Shown: positions 1-8,729 of the stretch, piece after piece
Layout: every line of letters starts with the position of its first letter
How positions within the stretch are numbered: the stretch's first letter is position 1
DNA from: Octopus sinensis
Taxonomy: Eukaryota
Direction of reading: 5' to 3'
Length of the DNA: 10,824 nucleotides
Assembly (NCBI RefSeq): GCF_006345805.1
Contig: NW_021827318.1
Location: 1 to 10,824 of the forward strand
Made by a program: the position numbers and the translations under genes
Notes under the pieces: generated by a model
What the model saw: the letters and a program-made list of their open reading frames with translations, nothing else
What the model was told of the DNA's origin: nothing
The model's database searches: none

Positions 1-55
1 ATGAGTGAATTGGGTAAGTAAAAAAGGAACAGAAGAAAAGGAGAACGAAAGAGAT

Positions 56-57
<2 letters not shown>

Positions 58-87
<30 letters not shown>
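58..87. repeat. (GA)n microsatellite within a purine-rich tract (~20-200)
   Basis: Direct read: uninterrupted GA dinucleotides. Confidence 0.97.
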
Positions 88-91
<4 letters not shown>

Positions 92-636
92 AAATTGAGA
101 AAGAAAGAGAGAAAGAGAACTAAAGGGAATTGGTGAAAGAAGGAGTGAAGGATGTTAGAAGAAATGAAGGAGAGGAAAAAGGCAAGAAAATGAAAGTTTC
201 AGCTTTTAGCACAACTGAAAAATATTTGCTCCACAGCGTGGGAAATTTGCAATATTGTCAAAGAATATACAAGTTTTTTTTTTCTTTGTTTTCTTTTTTT
301 TTCTTTTTAATACGGATATCTCGATGTGAAACACGTTTATATTGGCTGAAAATCTCAAAAATAAAACAATAGCGACTGGGAAGGAAACGATTTTCCATCA
401 ATTAGCAGTTTGTTGACTCGCATCATTAGAGTATTTTTTTTAAAAAAAGCATTTCTACTCCAGACACGAGTGTAAGTCATTGAAGCGTGGTGAAGCAAGT
501 CCCGAAATATAAACTAGTCTCTCTTGAAAGGTTTTCAGACATATGCCAATCATACATAGAAATCCTCGGCTTTGAAGCCTTTCTTCGCATCTCTTCTTGG
601 GTTTCTAAGCAATCAAAATACTTATGAACAGAACCA

Positions 637-726
<90 letters not shown>

Positions 727-787
727 TTATCTGTCGTCTGTCTGTCTGTCTGTCTGTTTGCCTGCCTGCCTGACTGCCTGTCCTGCC

Positions 788-837
<50 letters not shown>

Positions 838-840
838 CCT
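637..840. repeat. Compound tetranucleotide microsatellite (TCTA)n-(TCTG)n-(CCTG)n-(TCTG)n-(TCTA)n
   Basis: Direct read. It explains the SIYL/SVCL ORF at 572..868. Confidence 0.97.
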
Positions 841-1211
841 GCACATAAATTACAACAGTTCTTTCTAATCCTTGTGCTTAAGTTTCAACAAAAGTGAATT
901 TGGAAACGAAAACCAGAAGTGCAGAGACTGGGATATAGATAGACCTTTCCGTATTCTTGCTTTCATCGTTCTGACTTATTGAAGTAAAACTAACATCTGT
1001 ATACACTACGTAAATAGATTGTTTAAAACTATTAAAACATGCAAAAGTAATCATTTAAAAAATGTGTTAACGCATATAACACCCAGAAATAAATCTGAAA
1101 TAAAGAAATTTGCAATTATTAAACAAATATTCTGAGCAGCAATTGGTGCTCTGAAACAAGTGCTGCATCACATCCGAATTCTAGGCTCTTCTCAGCAACC
1201 TAGATCACTTA

Positions 1212-1358
1212 ATTTTGTTAAGGTTATGTCTACAGAAATCATAGCCAGCAGTGTTTTTTTTGCTACAATGTTCATATCGAGATACGAAACATTGTAGCAA
1301 AAAATCGGTGCTGGCTACGAATTCTGTAGAATATCTGTAGAAATAACCATAACAAAAT
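1212..1358. repeat. 147-bp imperfect palindrome (foldback, MITE-like or hairpin-RNA candidate)
   Basis: The left arm ATTTTGTTAAGGTTATGTCTACAGAAATCATAGCCAGCA...TTTTTTGCTACAATGTTCATATC pairs with the right arm GATACGAAACATTGTAGCAAAAAA...TGCTGGCTACGAATTCTGTAGA...AATAACCATAACAAAAT. The centre is at 1279-1280. AGATCACT is directly repeated at 1202-1209 and 1366-1373. Confidence 0.9.
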
Positions 1359-1783
1359 GATGCAAAGATCACTGCTAACACAGGAGAACGTTTTGTTGAC
1401 CTATAAAAACAATGTTTTTTATTGTATACTATGGTTGCATAACGAAGTTCCACGTACCTACAAGTCTTTAATAGTCCACTTAACTCTTAAAATAATTCTA
1501 CCTGTTGATTACTAAGTACCTTCCTAAAAATGATCATGACTCGGTAGAAATTCATATTTGGTAAACTTATCAATACCAATTGAAAACTGGATGAAAATCG
1601 ATATTTCTTAGAATTGTTGAAGGAGGAAGATTATAGATTCTTCCGTGTCAGTATAGTTGAGGTGTTGAGTTGTTTTAGACATGCTGACAAATAAATTCAT
1701 CTCCATAAATTAGGGCTGAACAAGGGTGTAAGGTAATCTCCATTCGCGTGACATCTATTATATATAACATACATACATACGTA

Positions 1784-1999
1784 CAAAGGAGTGCTGAAAG
1801 GTTCCTGGCTTTAAGGGTTTCGCGAAAGGTCTGGCTGGAGGCCCAACCTTGCGTGTTCTTTTATAAGGCTTAGAAAAACTGAAGGGCCGCTGCAATAATT
1901 GTGTGAATCTGAGAGAGGAATATGGTGAATAAAATCACAATTAACTGATCCTCCTGTATTTTCTTTTACCCAAAACCAGAAACTCTTCAGCACCCCTCA
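1784..1999 (+). mobile_element. Internally deleted mariner element (MITE-like, 216 bp)
   Basis: TA flanks both ends (1782-83, 2000-01). The ~28-bp imperfect terminal inverted repeats (TIRs) are CAAAGGAGTGCTGAAAGGTTCCTGGCTTT and the reverse complement of the right end, TGAGGGGTGCTGAAGAGTTTCTGGTTTT. Positions 1867-1932 translate to GLEKLKGRCNNCVNLREEYGE*, matching the typical mariner transposase C-terminus (pattern G..KL..RW.KC....G.Y.E). Confidence 0.85.
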
Positions 2000-2110
2000 T
2001 ACATACATACATACATACATACATACATACATACATACATACATACATACATACATACATAAATACATACATACCCCACACACACTCACACACACACATA
2101 CACACATACA
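2000..2110. repeat. (TACA)n microsatellite grading into (CA)n
   Basis: Direct read. It begins at the mariner right TSD. Confidence 0.96.
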
Positions 2111-2304
2111 TATTTGTGTATGGTTTGTGCTTATTTGTTTGACCAGGGGTGGGTGGGTTGGCTTTGACAGGATTTGGTCTCTGAGCACGGTCTCTCAGAA
2201 TGGATACAGCAAGACTTATTTACTCAAAATGAAGTAAAAAATGAAGATAACAGCATGTGTGATTTCAATGGCCACCAACAACAATTTCACATTGCTGTTG
2301 ATAT

Positions 2305-2307
2305 CAC

Positions 2308-2375
<68 letters not shown>

Positions 2376-2584
2376 CACACAGCACACACACAACACACGC
2401 ACGTACACGCACGCACTTTCACGCACGCACACACACGCGCATGCACGCACGCACGCACGCACACACACACATACATACATATACAACACACCACACACAC
2501 ACACACACACACACACATACATACATATACAACACACCACACACACACACACACATAATACACACACACACGCACACATACACG

Positions 2585-2646
<62 letters not shown>
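2305..2646. repeat. Compound (CA)n/(CGCA)n/(CATA)n microsatellite, ~340 bp
   Basis: Direct read. It is the source of the poly-HT and poly-CV ORFs. Confidence 0.97.
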
Positions 2647-2647
<1 letters not shown>

Positions 2648-2714
2648 TGTTTATAATATAATCAACCTAACTTTATTAGGTTGTTTATTTAGGTTAGCCA
2701 TTCATGTGAACGAT

Positions 2715-2965
2715 TTAACTTAAAAACCAGATAACCCCCGTTCTGCCAATCTAGTTATTGAACTGCTTCGATTGCAACAGATGGAGGCAAACACTGGATA
2801 CTTCTGCTGCGAATAGAAGTGTTCCAGAAACAAAATCAAAGGAAACCTTTTAAAATGTGTAGAATCCTTTGCATTATTCGAGAGTAAAAGAAGAAGCACG
2901 TCTAAGACAAATCTTAGCAAATACACAAGCGGCATAATCTCGTGAATAGTGATACCAGCTGCTAA
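2715..2965 (+). mobile_element. Possible fossil C-terminus of a Mutator-like (MULE) transposase
   Basis: Frameshifted pieces RFN..., P.SANLVIELLRLQQMEANT, KEEARLRQILA and KYTSGIIS appear in the order expected for invertebrate MULE C-termini (RFN..HP....LIE.L...Q..T...RL......Y..G.IS). This is by-eye similarity only. Confidence 0.3.
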
Positions 2966-2990
2966 ACTATCTTTAAGGAAGGTGGAGCTT

Positions 2991-3196
2991 CTACCGGGTT
3001 GCTCGACCTACTAGAAATAGCAGTCAAACTGCTTCAAATTTCAAATTCCACTCTAACATCTTAAAAAACACGTTGGGTGATCCAAGACAAAAAGTAACAA
3101 GATATCTGAAGAAAAAAAAAAAAAAAAGGAACGGAATGGTCACGGCTGAATTGTCTTCTCGTCAGAAGTCTACGTGACTTGGGTTAAATAATAACA
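2991..3196 (+). mobile_element. Degenerate 3' portion of an abundant octopus interspersed repeat (SINE-like)
   Basis: GCTCGACCTACTAGAAATAGCAGTCAAA...CTTAAAAAA...CTGAAGAAAAAA...GGAATGGTCACGGCTG...GGGTTAAATAATAAC resembles, from memory, a common octopus repeat ending in (AAC)n. No tRNA head is visible. Confidence 0.55.
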
Positions 3197-3562
3197 TCTA
3201 ATTAAATTAGTTTTCTGCAAATTCCATTCCAGATCAGAAACTGATCAATGGAGGAATAAGCTTCACTTTTAGTATTGGGTTTTTCTATAGGTTATAAATC
3301 TAAACACACAATTATTTGTGCGCACATATACACAGACGTATATATAAATAAGTATATTTACATGTGCACGCGCGCACGCACACACACACAGAAAAAAACT
3401 AAACGCGTGTGATGTGGTACCGCACAAGACATAACAGCTGCTCCACAACAAATCAGGAGTTCTTTAAGCCAATGTCTATAAGAAGTAAATAAATGGAAAA
3501 TTTAATTGAAGAATATAGAAACATTAAGAAAAGATTTATTTTCCTTGTGGTCCATTATACCG

Positions 3563-3643
<81 letters not shown>

Positions 3644-3970
3644 GTCTATCTGTCTATCTGTCTATATGTATGTCTGTCTGTCTATCTGTCTGTCTGTCTG
3701 TCCGTCTGTCTGACTGTCTGTCTGTCTCTCTCTCTCTCTATATATATAATATGTATATATATATATATGTGTGTATATATATATGTGTATACACACACAC
3801 ACCCACACACACACATATATATATACATATATATACATACATACATATACAACACAAACACAAACACACACACACACACACAACACACACACACACACAC
3901 ACAACACACACACACACAACACACACCACATATTATTATTATTTATATATATATATATATATACATATAT
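3563..3970. repeat. Compound microsatellite (TCTA)n-(TCTG)n-(TC)n-(TA)n-(CA)n-(TAT)n-(TA)n
   Basis: Direct read. It explains the 191-aa ORF 3493..4068 and the overlapping ORFs. Confidence 0.97.
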
Positions 3971-4263
3971 GCTGCTACATGTTTCCAAACTCCTACTCCA
4001 TGGAACAATGTTTGAATCATGTATTTTCTTTATTATTTATTGTGATTTTCAAACATATTTTTCTATAAAGTATTTCTGAAAATTAAAATTTATTTATTTT
4101 TTCAAAGTTTAGACATCAATCGTTGAAAGTAGATCTTATGTATTCGAATATTGACGTTCTCTTGCAACATACATTCCCAGTAATAACAGGGGAATTTCTG
4201 TATGTGAATATACCTATGCATATGTGTATGCGTTTATGTATACGTGATGTCAAAACAGGACAA

Positions 4264-4656
4264 TCTTTATATATAAAAGTGAGGTTGTGTGCTGTCTGTC
4301 TCCTACGATTTAGATTCCTAACTACTCCCACATTTTGCGGTGCAGTTTAACCAAAACCGGGTATCTATAGTCGTTGATTCATATCGAGCCCTTCTGGGCA
4401 TTAGCGCGCGTCTACGAGAGTCTACGATTTAAAAAAAAAATTACCATCCATGTTTCCATTTTTAAGCATTTTTGGCATATATAAGGGAAGTCACTCTCTC
4501 TAAAAATTTAATTAAATCTCAGAACGTAAAAGCTACAGTACCCCCCCCCCCTTTGTGGTTAGCCATATTGAGATGGCTATTATACTTTACATCTCTAAAA
4601 ATACTTATATAGTTATTTCCCTTACAAACCCGAGCAACGCCGGGCGATACTGCTAG
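4264..4656 (+). mobile_element. Non-autonomous Helitron (393 bp), Lep1-like architecture
   Basis: It is inserted between A4263 and T4657, starts with TC and ends with CTAG (4653-4656). The GC-rich hairpin CCCGAGCAACGCCGGG (4629-4644) lies 8 nt before CTAG. There is no TSD, and a short CTGT repeat sits near the 5' end. These are canonical Helitron termini. Confidence 0.88.
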
Positions 4657-4692
4657 TAATATATATGAACAGATATGTCTAAGAAGTGTGTG

Positions 4693-4787
4693 CATGGTGC
4701 GTTACTGTAAAAATGGCGCGATCAGCCTTCTGCGCAGAAGGAAGCCAGTGAGCGATAGCTGACAGTTGAAGAATGTAGTAGGTACGT
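4693..4787 (+). promoter_or_regulatory. CpG-enriched patch with YY1-like motif, 16-bp palindrome and splice-donor-like site (possible non-coding first exon)
   Basis: AAAAATGGCG at 4709-4718, the perfect palindrome CCTTCTGCGCAGAAGG at 4726-4741, and AG|GTACGT with the intron starting at 4782. Frames from the nearby ATGs stop before the donor. Confidence 0.25.
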
Positions 4788-4873
4788 TTTGTACTTTAAT
4801 AACTACTATGAGTATAGGTTAACTAGTTAGCTACTATATTACAATGTATACTTGAGATTTGTGTTAGCAGACG

Positions 4874-4917
4874 AATATATAATATATATATATATGATAT
4901 ATAATATATATATAGAT

Positions 4918-4949
<32 letters not shown>

Positions 4950-4964
4950 ATATATATATATTAA
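4874..4964. repeat. Interrupted (TA)n tract
   Basis: Direct read: about 90 bp that is almost purely A/T. Confidence 0.96.
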
Positions 4965-5189
4965 ATGCTGATTTAGTCGCTTTCGCTAGTCTAACATTCA
5001 ATGCCACGTAGCTTATGAGTTGTTATTTATTCAATCGTACAAGCATTAAGTATGATATTATTATTTTAATCATTTCATGATAAAGAAATATCCGGTAATT
5101 TAAATTACACAACGACAATATAGTTAACAAATTGAAAAATATCATAGAGTTACTATTATAGTAATATTATAATATTATAATATTATAGA

Positions 5190-5591
5190 GGCACAGGAGT
5201 GACTGTGTGGTAAGTAGCTTGCTTACCAACCACATGGTTCCGGGTTCAGTCCCTCTGCGTGGCATCTTGGGCAAGTGTCTTCTGCTATAGCCCCGGGCCG
5301 ACCAAAGGCTTGTGAGTGGATTTGGTAGACGGAAACTGAAAGAAGCCTGTCGTATATATGTATATATATATGTATGTATGTGTATGTATATGTTTGTGTG
5401 TCTGTGTTTGTCCCTCTAGCATTGCTTGACAACCGATGCTGGTGTGTTTACGTCCCCGTCACTTAGCGGTTCGCCAAAAGAGACCGATAGAATAAGTACT
5501 GGGCTTACAAAGAATAAGTCCCGGGGTCGAGTTGCTCGATTAAAGGCGGTGCTCCAGCATGACCGCAGTCAAATGACTGAAACAAGTAAAG
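5190..5591 (+). mobile_element. Full-length octopus-type tRNA-derived SINE with CORE-like segment and internal microsatellite
   Basis: A-box-like TGACTGTGTGGT (5200-5211), B-box GGGTTCAGTCCC (5242-5253), and CATCTTGGGCAAGTGTCTT (5263-5281) resembling the CORE motif CCTTGGGCAAGTCACTT. An internal (TA)/(TG) tract lies at ~5352-5405, and the 3' tail is GGCGGTGCTCCAGCATGACCGCAGTCAAATGACTGAAACAAGTAAA. Octopus families OK/OR1/OR2 are described, but I cannot assign which one this is. Confidence 0.88.
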
Positions 5592-6326
5592 AAAAAAATA
5601 GAGTTATTATGAATGTTCTTAATGTGATAAGTTAGTTAAATGGCTGGGAACACCTTAGTTGGCAAGATGTTTGGTTATTCAGTTGTTTGCATCCTACTCT
5701 TCGTCGGAAAACAGTTATGTCTTTTAACATACGATGTAATTTGTGAAATCGGACGTTAAGTAAAAGCAATGCCTGTTTTATTGATCACACACATACATAT
5801 ATAACATAAAAGGAAGACGAGAAACATTCAAACTTTGGAAGTTGCAATTTTGTAAGTCGAATGTCAGAGGTGAATATGAAGTTGGCAGACCTTTCTGGAT
5901 TGGAGAGGTTTTAGCAGTTTGAAGATCTACAGTTCAATGTCTTGGAGAAAATAAAGTCTGAGTGATGAAGTAATTCCAGATGGTTGCAATTATGGAAACG
6001 AACCTTTCTGTCTGATACAGACAGATCTTTTCTACATCATTTTAAAATATACTCACAGCTTCATACACAACCGACATCATAATTAGATTTCATTATTCTC
6101 CAGACACAGATGCTGCACAACTTCACCAAATCAACGCCAACAACTTAGAAATCTGATTCCCAAAACAACAAACTTAATACAACACCTGCCAAGTCTACCA
6201 TTTCGTTTTTATCCCCGCAAACACCAAGGAATATCAAAAACACCCAGCTAACAACACACTTATCATAAATATATACCTCAGCCAAATCTCTTTTGAATTA
6301 CTCACTAAGATCTCAAAGAAGATACA

Positions 6327-7500
6327 ATGGAATCATGTGGTCCTTCTGGGCATTGGTGCACTGTACGTGAGATGGTCAAAGCTGGAAAGACGTCAGTGAT
6401 ATTGCTGCTTTATTTGGACTGAACGGAGGTTAAAAACCAACATAAACATAGCACGCAATACAAGGAATTAAATTGCAAACCTCTACACCGTTCACAGCAC
6501 TTGGAGTTGATATTGTAAGGAAAACAAAATGCGATACAAATATTGCGCCGTAAACAGGGCACTTCACATCATAACAGGTGATGTGTTGACAGAAGAGCGC
6601 TGATTTTCACCTAAACAGTGAAACCAAAATGCTAAAAAAGTCCAGCTGATCATGAGATGAGCAGAATTTCTTGTTGCAGTAAACTTCAAGCCTTACTTCT
6701 TCCTGTCATCAGATGAGAACACGAGTTGCAATCATGGTGGGACGAACGCCATCAAATATATAAATAGACTAGCAGTATCGCCCGGCGTTGCTCGGGTTTG
6801 TAAGGGAAATAACTATAAAGCATTTTTAGAGAGTTATAGCAAAAAAATAGCAAAAAAATTGAAAAAAAATTATGGTAATTTTTTTTTTTGAGAGTTAAAA
6901 AGGTCGAGTTGCGTCCCCTAGACAGTCTGTGGTTTGTGTTTCTGATTCTCGACCCCATGTCGAATTTATCGATTTTTTTCAGAACTGGGGGAACTTTTCA
7001 AAATTTTCGCTGCGTTAGTTTTGAATTATGACATTGGGCTATGTGTGTGTCAAGTTTCATCAGAATCGGTTGAAAGCCGTGGTCAGGGTGAGGGTACAAC
7101 CTAACAGACACACAGACACGCAGACAGACAAACTGCCGTTTATATAGAGAGAGATTAACAGATAGTAAACAGGAGTGTAGAGGAACAGTAACTGTCGTTC
7201 ACAGGCAGAGTCTAACTTGCTGATTCTGGCCATAACAGAAATCTGCGGGAATACGGATATGAGTGTACTGTGCTGAAATTGTTACACTGCACAACACATG
7301 ATCAATCACTGCATGTTTGAATGTGCAGTCAGGCCCTCAGTAAAGGCGCACGCATGGAACAACTAAATAGCCGAATATGTGCATCACGTCTCGTCGTTCG
7401 GCCGACGACTGCCTTGTTCATTCAGAGATGGCCTGATGATACTGTACAACAACGGCATTAAATGTTTAGACTGGTATAGACATTCCTACCGCATCCCTGG
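6327..7500 (+). mobile_element. Fossil Tc1-like DDE transposase, interrupted by a Helitron
   Basis: Collinear degenerate motifs: HTH VREMVKAGKT/VSDIAALFGLN (6363-6424, one frameshift); SDE (6709-6717); V*R (7175-7183, VWR position); GNTDMSVL..YTAQH...AVRP (7247-7336, cf. GRTDL.V...LTAQRY...VRP); DD...H (7404 onward, cf. DDNARPH); LYNNGIKCLDW (7442-7474, cf. FL..NGI.VLDWP). There are multiple stops and frameshifts, and no TIR pair was identified. Confidence 0.6.
6769..7154 (-). mobile_element. Non-autonomous Helitron (386 bp), Lep1-like architecture
   Basis: On the minus strand it reads A|TC...CTAG|T (flanks T7155 and A6768 on +). The hairpin is at 6781-6796, 8 nt from CTAG. A CTGT-type repeat lies near the 5' end (~7105-7130). 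The terminal 49 bp are identical to those of the element at 4264-4656. Confidence 0.88.
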
Positions 7501-8500
7501 CAGTTAAATGTTGTTTGTTGAAAGATGCACCGTAGTCATCAACCTCACACGTACACACACTCACTCATACACTTTAAACACATATACACTCACAGCTGTG
7601 TGCATCAACTGGTAATTGTTCCTATTTGAAGGTGTTTGCTAAAAATCATTGCCTTTAAATCATTAATGACGGAATTAATGTAAACTATCAACTATCAAGA
7701 GGCGAAGCTAATTTTTCTACCTCCTTCAGAAATCACAAAGTTTACAGTAAAACCACATTTTTATTTGTGAGGATAGACAACATATGAAGGGGTCAATGGA
7801 TTAAAAGAAAAAAACATTACACAGTTCAATATTTTATCATGAAAATGTTTCAAGGCCTGTTGAAAGATTTTTTTAAAGAATTGGTTATAAAATTTTCTGT
7901 TTTTAAGACGCCCAAGCCCTTGCATCGAATATACCTCACCTCTAAAATGTCTACCGCTTTCAGAAATCACGATTTTGGAGGGCGGCTAATTTTGAGTTTT
8001 GACTCCAGAAAAAAGACGAGACTGTACAACAGTTTCTCTTCCAGGGTGAAGACAATTTTTTCGCCTCTTTCCTTTGCTAAAATCTTTCCGAAATCCAGTA
8101 CATCTCAACATTCCAATGCTATTCACTTCGAATGTAGGTGTCTTGTACATAAAAACAAGAAATGATTTTCTCCTTTTCTTCTAAAGATCCAGAAGTTGTA
8201 AGTTTTCAGACACGGCAGATTAATCTAAATGTTTTAGGTATGAAATGAATGTCGTTTAAGTAACCAAATTTCGAATCATAACTTTTTGTTAATGACTTCA
8301 CGGTTGGATTATTTCAAATGATTAATTTGAAGCAAGCAGACTAAGAGTTAATCGCCATGGAAACCATAAGTGTCGTGTGATTTACATCTTTGCTCGAAAC
8401 CCTTTCTTTTTCATTTGATGTCTGTTTTGCTTTGTAGAATTGTGCATTGTAGAAGTTCCTTTCTTCTTTCTTTGAACTCTCAACTCTTGCTGGAGTCATA

Positions 8501-8729
8501 TATTTCTTTACTACCCACAAGGGCTAAACATAGAGGGGACAAACAAGGACACACAAAGGGATTAAGTCGATTACATCGACCCCAGTGCGTAACTGGTACT
8601 TAATTTATCGACCCCGAAAGGATGAAAGGCAAAGTCGACCTCGGCGGAATTTGAACTCAGAACGTAACGCAGACGAAATACGGCTACGCATTTCGCCCGG
8701 CGTGCTAACGTTTCTGCCAGCTCGCCGCC
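8501..8729 (-). mobile_element. Intact tRNA-derived SINE (~229 bp) with 16-17 bp TSD
   Basis: The minus strand begins GGCGGCGAGCTGGCAGAAACGTTAG (A-box) and contains GAGTTCAAATTCC (B-box). CTCTTGCTGGAGTCATA is perfectly repeated at 8484-8500 and 8729-8745, and its first base overlaps the SINE 5' G. Confidence 0.93.

Noticed and set aside
464-471. 8-nt microexon-like string TTTCTACTCCAG|ACACGAGT|GTAAGT
   Set aside because: It is frame-shifting, has a short pyrimidine tract and has no other support. Such strings are expected by chance.
2174-4079. Long ORFs (up to 191 aa) rich in HT, CV, SIYL and YI repeats
   Set aside because: These are translations of microsatellites, which lack stop codons by composition. 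The same applies to ORFs at 572..868, 9184-9780 and 10567-10810.
5190-5265. tRNA genes (also 8650-8729 and 10113-10170)
   Set aside because: Only A/B boxes are present, with no complete cloverleaf. They continue into SINE bodies.
5185-5603. ATAGAG as TSD of the 5190 SINE (5185-5190, 5598-5603)
   Set aside because: It is only 6 bp in A-rich context and overlaps the element's head and tail, so it cannot be distinguished from chance.
6046-6156. Short plus-strand ORF, and an opposite-strand GTGAGT donor at 6051-6056
   Set aside because: The peptide is unrecognised, and the minus-strand exon candidate has stops in all frames.
4608-6817. Reading the inverted 50-bp repeats as TIRs of one 2.2-kb composite transposon
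   Set aside because: Each repeat is the 3' end of its own complete Helitron extending outward. The Tc1 fossil also continues across the second Helitron, so the interior was not mobilised as a unit.
7707-8068. Recurring short motifs CTACC.C.TTCAGAAATCAC, GCTAATTTT and inverted AGAGGCGAA
   Set aside because: They are short and imperfect, with no termini or TSD to define an element.
7839-8165. 108-aa ORF in non-repetitive sequence
   Set aside because: It has no recognisable domain and an F/K/S-rich composition typical of AT-rich non-coding DNA.
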